A DNA stretch of 64,000 nt. Source: Octopus vulgaris. Taxonomy: Eukaryota. Below, in pieces: positions 1-11,152 of this stretch (positions are counted from its first letter, which is position 1; each line of letters begins with the position of its first letter). The stretch lies in the NCBI GenBank assembly GCA_951406725.2, contig OX597817.1:131502001-131566000 (forward strand), written 5' to 3'. The notes below the pieces were generated by a model. That model did not search any database. It was given only the letters and a program-made list of their open reading frames with translations, and was not told where the DNA came from. The position numbers and the translations under genes were made by a program.

Positions 1-270
1 TCATTTTTTGCGCCAGGTAATATAACAGCGTCATTCTATTTTAGGCGATGAAGGGCGCTAGGTGTCTATTAACCCTTCATTTTGATATTACTCATTTCCT
101 CAGAATTGTAGAGAATAGGGATGTAACTAATCCGCTTCAAAATTACTTAAACATAGAAGAAACGCAGCTCATCATTCGACATGAGGCATTACTTGTTCGA
201 AAGACGTAAACCATTCCTGTGGATTATTTACAAAAGCTTTGTGAGTGCGTGTACATATGTATGCTTGCAC

Positions 271-469
271 GTATGTATGTATGTATGTATTTATGTATGT
301 ATGTATGTATGTATGTATGTATGTATGTATGTATGTATGTATGTATGTATGTATGTATGTATGTATGTATGTATGTATGTATGTATGTATGTATGAATGT
401 ATGTATGTATGTATGTATGTATGTATGTATGTATGTATATGTATGTATGTCTTTATGCATGTATGTATG
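271..469. repeat. (TATG)n microsatellite
   Basis: Direct tandem TATG. Similar arrays at 582-830, 1101-1192 and 1772-1888. Confidence 0.95.
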
Positions 470-1100
470 TCGTTGTTCAATTTATTTCAAGATTTCTTGC
501 CAATAGAAAAAGAGTCGGTTTCTAACCAAGATCCAAGTCTCCTTCTTTGGAATTTCAACATCAACAACAGGGTATGTAAGTATGCATGTATGTATGCATG
601 TATGTATGTATGTATGTATGTATGTATGTATGTATGTATGTATGTATGTATGTATGTATGTATGTATGTATGTATGTATGTATGTATGTATGTATGCATG
701 CATGTATGTATGTATGTATGTATGTATGTATGTATGTATGTATGTATGTATGTATGCATGCATGTATGTATGTATGTATGTATGTATGTATGTATGTATG
801 TATGTATGTATGTATGTATGTATATATGTATGTGCAGATTTGTATGTTTTATGTATGTATTCTGATGGATATAGTCGCATATCTAAACATGCTCATTTAT
901 ATTTAAATGATAAACTTCTGGAGGGTTTTACAGATTTTTACTGTTCCAGTGGTGGATTGGATCTGAAGTCATCAAATTAGCTTTCTCCTTTCTGATTTTG
1001 AGAAGCCTAATTTCTCAAGATTGGTATTTAGGTAGTGTGTTACATATCTCAGGGCCCCAATAAGTACAGGTATAAACCTGAACTTGTAATCTGGAAAGAG
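470..1100 (-). mobile_element. 5'-truncated REL-endonuclease non-LTR retrotransposon 3' end (R4/Dong-like), copy 1, with (TATG)n expanded inside its 3' UTR
   Basis: 470-575 and 830-1100 align with 1193-1580. Minus-strand translation resembles the REL C-terminus (..FIPVLIGAL..). Confidence 0.75.
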
Positions 1101-1192
1101 ATGTATGTATGTATGTTTCTTTGTATGTATGTATGTATGTATGTATGTGTGTATGTATTTGTATATATGTATTTATGCATGCATGTATGTAT

Positions 1193-1771
1193 GTCATTGT
1201 TCAGTTTATTTCAAGATTTCTTGCCAGTAGAGTAAGATCTGATTTCTATTCTAGATTCAAGCCTCTTTCATTGGAATTTCAACATCAACAACAGGGTATT
1301 TGTGTATGTATATGAGCAGATTTGTATGTTTTGTTTTATGTATGTATTCACATACATATAGTGGCATATCTAGACATGCTCTTGTATGTAAATGATAAAC
1401 TTCTGCAAAGTTTTATAGATTTTTATTGTTCTGGTGATGGGTTGGATCTTTAGTCTTCGAATTAGCTTTATCCTTTCTGGTTTTGAGAAGCCACATTTCT
1501 CAAGATTAGTATTTAAGCAATGTGTTACACATCCGAAAGCCCCAATAATTACACGTATAAACGTGAACTTGTAATCTGGATAGAGTATCTGCAGATTTCT
1601 CAATAGTTCTGTATAGGTATTCTATTTTTCACTGAGCTTCAGTTTCAAGTTAACATCCGCTGGGCAGCTAATTTCCACAACTGTGCACAGTTTCTCTTCT
1701 CTATCCCAAATCATTATATCGGGTCTGTTGTGCTTACATTTTATTGAGGTCTTCGCTGGGACATTCCACCA
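1193..1771 (-). mobile_element. 5'-truncated REL-endonuclease non-LTR retrotransposon (R4/Dong-like), copy 2
   Basis: ORF pieces WWNVPAKTSIKCKHNRPDIMIWDREEKLCTVVEISCP (PD..E nuclease motif) and LQILYPDYKFTFIRVIIGAFG. Flanked by (TATG)n on both sides. Confidence 0.85.
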
Positions 1772-1815
1772 TATGTATGTATGTATGTATGAATGTATGT
1801 ATGTATGAATGTATG

Positions 1816-1849
<34 letters not shown>

Positions 1850-2258
1850 TGTATGTATGTATGTATGTATGTATGTATGTATGTATATGTTTGTGTTCCT
1901 CCCAGCCTCTACTTGACATCCGCTGCTGCTTTGTTGACGTCTCCATAACTTAACGGTTCGACAAAAAACCGATAGAATATGTTTCCGTTTTAACAACAGA
2001 AAATAGTAGGGTCGATTTCTTTTATCTAAACCATTGAAGGCAGCCCCAGCCTGGCCATAATCCCATGACAAGAACAAGTCGAAGATAAATGACAAGATAA
2101 TGTGCAATAATCATTACATCTAGGCATGCATCGAATACGACCAGTCAACTGGAGGAGAGTCAGTCCCCAGCCTCCAGCAAAAATAAGCAACATCGCAAGA
2201 AAAACTCTAAACGCCTTTCAATAAAATAATTCATATATATGCATACATAAGCATTCAG

Positions 2259-2305
<47 letters not shown>

Positions 2306-2347
2306 TAGACACACATATAAAGAGAACACAGATGGCGTTTATGTATA

Positions 2348-2380
<33 letters not shown>

Positions 2381-2495
2381 GTGCATATACACCACACACA
2401 TATAACATATGTGTGTGGTAATATTTTGTTTGTACGTGTGTTTCAATATTTTGTACTAGTGTTATTGATTTCGTTTCATTTTTAATTCATTTCAG

Positions 2496-3400
2496 ATATA
2501 TTGTTCAATACTACAGCCAAAACGGAATTACCCGGAGCTGTCACTCGGAACCATACTTTAGTCTTCAACATTAGTAATTTTCCTAAAGGTGAGCAAATAA
2601 ACCTTGCCCAACTACGCTTATACAAACTCGTAGAAAGAGATCGTAACAGATATGTAGGTGAAAACCGTATTGTATCTCTCTACGAAGAAATCATAAAAGA
2701 TGATTCTCCACATTTAAAACTTGTGTCTCAAAAGCATATCTATGGAAGAAATAGTGGCTGGGAATCTTTTGATGTTACACCGGCAGTCAAACGTTGGATT
2801 GAGGAAATAGGAAAAGGTTACGTTCAAATATTGCAAGTGACTATTGAGAGTATATTCAATAACACGTGGGGGGACGACATGGATATAAGCACCACACCTC
2901 GTAATAAGAAAGAACCTTTGTTGGTAGTTTTTTCCAAGCAGATTAATAAGCGTCTCGTTCATAAACAAGAGAGAGACGAGTTTCTTCACCACGAAATGCT
3001 TGTCAGAAAAAACGAGGGCACTGATAATAACACTTCAACGAGTCTTTCTAGAAAATCTCAGTCAGGAAGCACAAACTATGAGTACGACGATGAAGAGGAA
3101 GAGGAAGAGGAGGAGGAGGAAGAGGAGGAGGAGGAGGTGGGAGACGATTATGTTGATGAGTATGACGATGAATATGACGATGGAGTCAATGAAAATGATA
3201 TCACGACACCGGAAGTTACGTCGTATGCCAAAGTGAGACGAAGTATACGATCCGATAAGAATTACGTAGAACCAGAAAAGACGAGGGTGAAGCGAAGCAA
3301 GAAATCAGCTCGGCGTAATATTTGTAAAAAGTCTAAACTTGTCGTAGACTTTCGCAACATCGATGGCCATGATTGGGTTATAGCACCGAAAAAATATGAT
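2496..3400 (+). CDS. BMP10: BMP9/10-like TGF-beta ligand, penultimate coding exon (prodomain, furin sites, start of mature domain)
   Basis: Acceptor ttcag|2496 after a pyrimidine-rich tract; donor GTAAGT at 3401 (phase 0). Prodomain motifs LVFNIS..AQLRLY, GWESFDVTPAVKRW and EPLLVVFS; RVKR site; mature start CKKSKLVVDF..WVIAP. The upstream signal-peptide exon was not found in this window. Confidence 0.93.
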
Positions 3401-3961
3401 GTAAGTAATCTTTTCATTACAAACGTACATCTTTTCTCATTCATCACTGATCCCAGATAACACGATACGCTAAATTGGGAACCATGTTACGCTTATCACG
3501 GATTTATCTGTGATAAGGCGGGTCTGCGAGCAGTAAGACTCTGCTTGAACAACAATGGTGCGCCTCAGCGACCATGCAGGACGCTCAGTTACTCAAAAAG
3601 CACTGATTGTCGCTCTTGCTTCGAGGTTGCATATTTCGTAACATACAAACACGCATCAACAAGATGCCTATTTTAAAAGATTTGCAGAACACTAATTATT
3701 TACCCCAGATTCATTCAGCGCGGTGTTTTATTTGTTTTTCATCACACATACTTGATAAACGAAGATAAATGTATTATTTCGATTAGAAACACAGTTAGAA
3801 TGCTCACTGACTTTGGCATCTTGTCTTGACAGAAAGTCTAAGATTGTACAGTGCTTCTAATCATATCTTTACTCTGTATGCTCATTAACCTAATGGATTC
3901 AAGCGCATTCTCCGTGAGATCGCAGTTTACTACTGCAGAAATCATGTTCGCAAATGTATAT

Positions 3962-4240
3962 AGACAAGACTTCAAGTATTAGTTTCAAATGTAAGCACAA
4001 AGTCAGTAATTTTGTGAGAGGGAGTAAGTCGAATACATCGACTGCCCGGGTTCATTTTATCGACCCTGAAAGGATAACGGGTGAAATTTGAACTCAGAAC
4101 GTAAAGACGGATTAACTGCTGCTAAGCATTTTACCCAGCATAGAAACGATTCTGCCAGCTCACCGCTTTTACAAGTCTATAAATATTGGTTTCAAATTTT
4201 GCACAAGGCCAGAAATTTCGGGGAAGGGGATACGTCGATA
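3962..4240 (-). mobile_element. SINE family B copies (antisense) in BMP intron
   Basis: Reverse complement of GGCGGCGAGCTGGCAGAATCGTTAGC...GAGTTCAAAT...CCTTTCGGGGTCGAT. Confidence 0.75.
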
Positions 4241-4297
4241 AAAAAGAAAAAATAGGGACGATTGTACAAGATATTTCTAATATTCATAAACTTGTAA

Positions 4298-4730
4298 TGG
4301 CGACGAGCTGGCAGAATCATTAGCATGCCAGTCAGAAAACCTAGAGTTATTTCGCCCTTCATTACGCTCTGAGTTCAAATTCTACTGACTTCACCTTTTA
4401 TCATTTCGGGGTCAATAAAATAAGTACCAGCTATTCACTCGGGTCGATGTAATCGAATTACCCCCTCTCACGAAATTACTGGCCTGATGTCAACGAATAT
4501 TTATAGACTTGCAAGTGCAACGAGCTGGCAGAATGGTTGACACACCGGACAAAATGCTTAGTAGCGTTTCGTCCGTATTTACGTTTTGAGTTCAAATTCT
4601 GCTGAGGCTGACTTTGCCTTTCATCCTTTTGGGGTCGATGAAATAAGTATTAGTTGAATACTGGGGTAGATGTAATCGAATTACCCGCTTCCTTGAAATT
4701 GCTGGCCTTGTGCCAAAATTTGAAATCATT
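4298..4730 (+). mobile_element. Two SINE family B copies (sense) in BMP intron
   Basis: Heads GAGCTGGCAGAAT at ~4305 and ~4522, B-box-like GAGTTCAAAT, core GCCTTTCATCCTTT.GGGGTCGAT.AAATAAGTA. Confidence 0.8.
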
Positions 4731-4789
4731 AATTAATTTTAATCGTATATGTAAATATAAAGTTATTACTTTTTAAATGTATTTTCCAG

Positions 4790-5023
4790 GCAAACGAATG
4801 CATTGGTAAATGTTACTATCCCTTGGCTCAGCACCTACAACCAACAAAACATGCTATGATAAGAGCTAATCTTCACATTCAGAACAAAAAAGTCACCAGG
4901 CCGTGTTGTGTACCAATAAAACTAGAACCGATATCGTTACTATACAAAGATGCAAGCACTCAGAGTTTCACATTCAAATATAAATATGAAGGTATGAGTG
5001 TTTCTGCTTGTGGCTGTCGGTGA
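4790..5023 (+). CDS. BMP10: BMP9/10-like ligand, last coding exon (cystine-knot mature domain)
   Basis: Acceptor ttttccag|4790. Translates ANECIGKCYYPLAQHLQPTKHAMIRA...CCVPIKLEPISLLY...FKYKYEGMSVSACGCR*. PTKHA, KLEPIS and KYEGM are BMP9/BMP10 signatures; seven cysteines with the previous exon. Confidence 0.95.
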   Translation, partial: ANECIGKCYYPLAQHLQPTKHAMIRANLHIQNKKVTRPCCVPIKLEPISLLYKDASTQSFTFKYKYEGMSVSACGCR

Positions 5024-5364
5024 CGAAGTTCTTGGAGAATACGGACTTGGAAAATTGTCAAATATGAAAAAGTAGACTGAATTTAAGAAACGAAGAAGCA
5101 ATTATTTCTGTAAATGAAATTCTTCAGAAAGAGGCAATTAAAGTTGACAATTTATCGATGTTTGATTGATATGTTTCATTGACGTTATTTTTGTTGTTGT
5201 TCCTTATGTTATTGCTCTTGTTAAAGTTTCACAGGGTGAATGGCTGAAACGATATTTAGTAATAATTTGAACCAATCGAGGAGGGCAACTGTAACAACAA
5301 TATCAATATATAAATGTTTAAGAAACAAGGTTTTTTTCAAAAAGATTATATGTGTGCATATTGA

Positions 5365-5395
<31 letters not shown>

Positions 5396-5478
5396 CTTGC
5401 ATTTGTATGTGTAGAGGTATTTGTATATAGGTGTGTATTTATGCATGTGTGTATATACACACACACGTGTTTTTTTTT

Positions 5479-5543
<65 letters not shown>

Positions 5544-5853
5544 CATATACTAGTTTTTAGCAGAAGAAACAGAGTGACTGACGGGCTGAGAGTTTCGTTC
5601 ATTATCACCTATCGAATAAGTTACAAATCGTGGGAATGTGAATTTATAACCCACGATAATATTATTTCCCTAGATAGTTCTAGAAAGAATTATAAAGAAT
5701 CAGTTTCAATATCACGTGGATAATTCATATTTCTCAAATAGTTTGACGGTTATGTCGTTCAATAAGTAAATACATAAATGAAAACAAATAAAGTAAAATT
5801 TGTGCACACTTACACACAAAAGGGAGAGCTGATAAGCTGGCGAATATAAATAC

Positions 5854-5904
<51 letters not shown>

Positions 5905-5934
5905 ATGTATGTATGTGTGTGTGTGTGTGTATAC

Positions 5935-5989
<55 letters not shown>

Positions 5990-5991
<2 letters not shown>

Positions 5992-6140
5992 TGAAATTTA
6001 CAGAAAAACAAAAGACGAAGACAGATGTATATACAACAAACAGGTATATTAGTTTAACTCTCGGGAAGGTGAGAAAGTATTTTACGTTTCGGGGCTACGC
6101 TCTTCGGCAGAAAGAAACACGAGGAAATAAACAGAGAGGC
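5990..6140 (-). mobile_element. Short hammerhead-bearing repeat (family H1), degenerate
   Basis: Homologous to 13765-13965 and 33770-33965. Minus strand CTGCCGAAGAGCGTAGCCCCGAAACGTAAAA. Confidence 0.6.
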
Positions 6141-6207
6141 ATGCAATACATACATACATTCACTCTTGTACATGCATAATAATGGAATCACACACACGCA
6201 CACACAC

Positions 6208-6256
<49 letters not shown>

Positions 6257-6425
6257 CACGCACACACACATACATATCTATAAAGCAAAACAAGAGCGCA
6301 TATACATAGGCACGTAATTATTTCTTGTTATGGTTTGAAGCAATGCATGGTATCAGAGTTTTCGACTCCAGTCAAATATATTCCAAATCTCTTTAACAAA
6401 GTTTTCGAGTAGTTTGTCGTGTATA

Positions 6426-6515
<90 letters not shown>

Positions 6516-6815
6516 CATACATACATATATATATATATTTTCACATGCAGATACACATATATATCTATGTATGTAACGATGTATATATGAATGTATGTAT
6601 AGCACTTTTGTTGAAAACACGTATGATATGAGTTATGCACACATGCATATTCACATAGTATATGTTATATGAACAGAGTATACGCAAGTGGAAAGCTACA
6701 TGTCTGAGCGAAAATGTATCACATGAAGACTATTCAAATATATAAAATTTGTATTTACATTTATAGATGAATGTTTTTGATTGAAGTGTTTTTTGGCAGT
6801 TGCATCGTAATTTAA

Positions 6816-6821
6816 AATAAA
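6816..6821 (+). promoter_or_regulatory. Candidate polyadenylation signal for the BMP transcript
   Basis: AATAAA followed by a T/GT-rich stretch. AATAAA is common in AT-rich DNA, so this is weak. Confidence 0.2.
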
Positions 6822-7017
6822 AGCGTTATACTTTTTATTTTATATCAAAATATGTGATGGTTTATATTCTGTATAGGGCTGTTGATTTTTTAAAATTTAT
6901 ATTAACATAACAAAATTTCGTGCGGATTATCTTAATCCTAATTCTCAGTATGAGATTAAGTTATTATCAACCAAGTTTTGACAAGGCTTACTTCTCCATT
7001 GTTATATTCCTACAATG

Positions 7018-7274
7018 CAGTAGTTCTCAACCATGTTTTGCCTATGGACTTCTTTAATTTCTATTTTAGTTAGGTGGACTCTCGAAGCCATTCGAGGTTT
7101 AAAAAGTCCCACTATATTTCTATAATTAAATATTATTAAGAACTGTATTTAAAAAAAAACATTAAGATATTTTGTATATTCTTAAAGTATAACCAATTCA
7201 TTGCACATCAATTTAAGCAAAATCATCTTATATGGATTCCCAAGGACCATAGGGATCCCGGTTGAGAACCACTG
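7018..7274. mobile_element. hAT (Charlie-like) MITE
   Basis: TIRs CAGTAGTTCTCAACC / GGTTGAGAACCACTG; flanking 8-mers CTACAATG / CTATTATG (6/8 match, TSD-like). Confidence 0.8.
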
Positions 7275-7782
7275 CTATTATGTTTGAATTTAGAAACAGA
7301 AACGTATTGAATGGAGAGACAACCTCATAGAATGTGAGTTTAAACATGGAATTATGACATGGAAAGCTGCTTAAAGGATGTTGTAGCTTGAAAATGGGTT
7401 TCAGTATTTTGAAAATTACAAAGATTGATTTAAATAGATTTTAAATTTGTGTAGTCAAGGATTCTTAGAGTTTTTATTTTATTATATCATATAAACAGAT
7501 CCAATAACGATAAAAATATAAAGACAGTGAAGTCTGGTATTCTGGATAGTGAAGCATTAATTTATACACGATCTAATGCCGATGAAATTGAACAAGGTAA
7601 AGTCATCCTAAGCAGAGAAGAAATAGTATCTGAATATTTATTCAAGAAAACCAAAAGTATTAATGCAGAATTCATTTTAGCAAAAATAGAATGTGCAAAA
7701 GCAATTTCAATTTCGAACAGAAACACACACATTAACAAATCAACAGTATAGACACGGACATATGTATATCTCTGTGTGTATG

Positions 7783-7849
<67 letters not shown>

Positions 7850-7854
<5 letters not shown>

Positions 7855-8118
7855 TATTGTGTTCGGGGAGAGTCATTTTTTTTGTGCCTTATAATGTAAC
7901 ACACAGACTCACCGGTAAGATTTCCACTTATTTCTTTTTTTAATTTTCTAAAATTTTCGTTGCGTCTTGCAACCTCTTCAATAGTTTTGAAAATGTTGCA
8001 AGACGCAACGAAAATTTTAGGAAAATAAAAATAAGAAATAAGTGGAAATTTTAACGGTGAGTGTGTTACACTATAAGGCACAAAAAGAAAATGACTCTCA
8101 CCAGACACAACAGAATAT
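7850..8118. repeat. Fold-back (inverted repeat) element, family H2
   Basis: About 120-bp arms around a ~20-bp centre. A second family member is at ~41986-42270. Confidence 0.85.
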
Positions 8119-8129
8119 ATATATATATA

Positions 8130-8449
8130 TTGATTGAAATGTTAAGACAACAAAAGAATGAAAGAGACCTCGATATTATGTTAAATAGAGGAATTTATCT
8201 GTAAATGTAATATGTGACAATTATTCGGTAGCCAAGATAAAACTCCGAGTTTCGGATGTTGGGGTGGAAATGCACGCCGCCCTCTCTTCAGTTATCCGGC
8301 CATCGGAAACAATGCTATGTAAAATGCTATGATCATTTCATAGCATTTTTTCCGATGGCCGCATAACTGAAGAGATGGCGGCGTGGATTTCCACACCGAC
8401 ATCCTAAACTCGGAATTTTATTAAGGCTACCGAATAATTGTCACATATT

Positions 8450-8450
<1 letters not shown>
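8130..8450. mobile_element. Inverted-repeat element with a hammerhead motif in each arm (family H3, Penelope pLTR-like)
   Basis: Arms ~8208-8320 and ~8338-8450; homologous to 24818-25190. Confidence 0.8.
8236..8296 (-). ncRNA. Type I hammerhead ribozyme motif
   Basis: GAUAA-CUGAAGA-[stem II]-GAAA-CUCGGAG-UU-UUAUC: 5-bp stem I, intact core, GUU site. Confidence 0.7.
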
Positions 8451-8498
<48 letters not shown>

Positions 8499-8560
8499 TA
8501 TATATATGTATGTATATACATACATACATACATACATACATACATACATACATACATACA

Positions 8561-8594
<34 letters not shown>

Positions 8595-8610
8595 CATGCA
8601 TACAAGTATA

Positions 8611-8783
8611 TTGTATTTGGTGACATATAAGACGCACTTTTATTTCAAACAATAGTACTTTAAAAAACATCACCCTGGAGTCTACAATACATGAATCCTT
8701 CAAACACTTTTCCTCTGAATATACGCTGCTAAAATTGGGGTACGTCTAATACGCCAGTGCGTCTTTTATACCATCAAATACGG
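8611..8783. mobile_element. Tc1/mariner-superfamily (pogo/Tc2-like) MITE
   Basis: Imperfect TIRs TTGTATTTGGTGACATATAAGACGCACT / AGTGCGTCTTTTATACCATCAAATACGG. Confidence 0.6.
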
Positions 8784-8805
8784 CCCATGTATATGTGTAT
8801 GAATA

Positions 8806-8888
<83 letters not shown>

Positions 8889-9668
8889 GTGTTATAGTTC
8901 GCCATTGAAAGGAGCGTAGTACAAAACATATGGTATGGAGTATTTACTTCGTTTATTTTTCTCGCGACTGTATTTTCACACCATTCTGATCTTCATGCGA
9001 CAATTGTCTTCTTCCAGTATTTTTACCCTACATATTTCGCATATGGTTCATTCCTTTGTCTGTGTCATTCGTTTCCATTGGCCGTTTGTTAATGTTGTTT
9101 TATTATAAGATGCTATCTATGGCCGTCGTCGTTTCATTTACCGATTCGCTGGCTGTAGTGTCTTCGTTAGCCGGTTTCGATATTTGTTATTTTATATCTG
9201 AAACCGCTAATAGTTTGTATATTTGTTACTTGTTTAAGTTATACATTGCGTAACAGTATGTTGTATTGCTACGCTCTGGCACGTTTTGTTGCAACTGTTA
9301 TAGAATACACGAAACGATATCAAATGGAACAACAGCCATATACAGCGACTTGAATAAAACACATTCGTCGCAAACCAATGAAAACGTGGCATAGATACAA
9401 GATTATCGACTTTATCTTAAACTCGATATAAGAACCAACCAGATAAGCGAAAAGAGAAGAGAAACAGTTTTTGCTTGAAGAAATAGTTGTCTAGAACTTC
9501 AGTCGTGTGAAAAAATATTCAATGTGAATAAACTATATATGTATATATACATAATCTACATACATATATATGTATATGAATGCATGTATGTATATATATG
9601 TATATACATGTATATATGTATATACATATATATATATATATGTATGTATATATATATATATATATATG

Positions 9669-9707
<39 letters not shown>

Positions 9708-10714
9708 CTCTTTATATTTATAATATTATTTGAACCATTAGTTAATATAGACAGTCAAAGTAATATTATATTCAATGCACAAAGAAATGATGAATTTTAT
9801 AGTCATATTCTAAATATCTGTAACTATTTCTGTTGGTTTCTCTTTCAGTAATCATTCTCTTCAACTTTGTATTAAATTTTGTAATAAAATTACATTTTCC
9901 TCTCATAGTTTTTTGACTTTTCTATTTCATGTCTGCACCACCAGTTCTTATTATGGTTCTCTAGTAAAAACTACGAATTGACTTTGCCCAAGAATTCTGT
10001 TGTAATAGAACAAATGGTAGAGATGGAGAAAACTTTGACGTGTTTGGTGCTTCCCGTTATATTTCTGAAATCAAACCTTATTGTTTCTGTGTTTGCCTTG
10101 CATCTTTCAGAGATCGATAAAATAAATGAGCTGTTATAACCGACTAGCCTCCCATTGTAATTTTCAAGTATGATACTGAAAAGAGCCCTGCTCCTTCGTC
10201 TTGTGTTATGACGATCCAGTGAATGTGCATACATAAAACTTGAACCGCTTCCAAAGAAACGCTGCTCGACAGATTGATATCTAATCGTTTACCAACACAC
10301 GGCAACCAATCACACTACCATCTCCATCTACGGTTACTACTACGGCTTATGGACCTCTGTAATGGTTAGCCACTTCTATTTCAACACTGTAGATCTACAC
10401 GTCTCTCATTTTCTCCTTATCCATTCTATGTCCACACTCCCCTACACTTTATAATCACCCCTATTCTCTACCTTTCCTTCTCAAGACATAAACCTACTGC
10501 AAATTTCTTTTCCTTCATATTATTCCTACATCTATCAACTATTTAGAAGTATGATATGTTGAGGGTGTGTAAAATCAATGGGCAATTCCCCTTCTTCCAG
10601 AGCCTTTTTATCGATCCCTAGGACTCCTACGTCCGTTTACTTGTCTCCTTGGTGCATAAATGACCGAGATCACAACTTTCCCCTTGAACAGAATGCCGGT
10701 CCGTTTCAGAGTTG

Positions 10715-10910
10715 AAGATAACCAATTGTGAAAAGAGGTGGTAAGTCGAGTACGCCCATTCCGGTACTTAATTGGTACTTTATTTTATCGACCCCAAAGG
10801 ATAAAAAGCAAAGTCGACCTCGGCTGGATTTTAACTCAGAACATAAAGAGCCGGAAGAAATGCCACTAAGCATTTTATTCGTCATACCAATGTTTCTATC
10901 AGCTCGCTGC
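10715..10910 (-). mobile_element. SINE family B
   Basis: TGGTACTTTATTTTATCGACCCC...AAAGTCGACCTCGGC...AACTCAGAAC, the reverse complement of the core. Confidence 0.7.
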
Positions 10911-10923
10911 TTTTACTTACATA

Positions 10924-11152
10924 TTAACCCCTGAGCATTTAAACCGGCCATATATGGCCTAAATACTCTAGCTGTTTTATGTTGAAACCGACCAGATTAG
11001 GCCACGCGCACCTATCTTACAATGCCATACGAAAAATAAACAATCACATCGTTTAAATCTCAAAGCTACAAGATAATGCATAATTAATTCAACACAATGT
11101 GAATGAATAAGCATTATATTTTACAGAATAGTATGAATGGCTAAATGCTTAT
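10924..11152. mobile_element. Possible piggyBac-like MITE
   Basis: Left end TTAACCCCTGAGCATT; right end only weakly complementary. Confidence 0.3.

Noticed and set aside
172-980. Many ORFs of the [16 protein letters not shown] type here and throughout the window
   Set aside because: They are translations of (TATG)n, (TA)n and (CA)n microsatellites, which lack stops in several frames; there is no sign of real coding.
3401-3460. C-terminal extension VSNLFITNVHLFSFITDPR of the 319-aa ORF
   Set aside because: Read-through past the GTAAGT donor; the cystine knot continues in the exon at 4790.
9950-10460. Possible RTE-type LINE remnant on the minus strand
   Set aside because: Only vague peptide resemblance; cannot be supported without a profile search.
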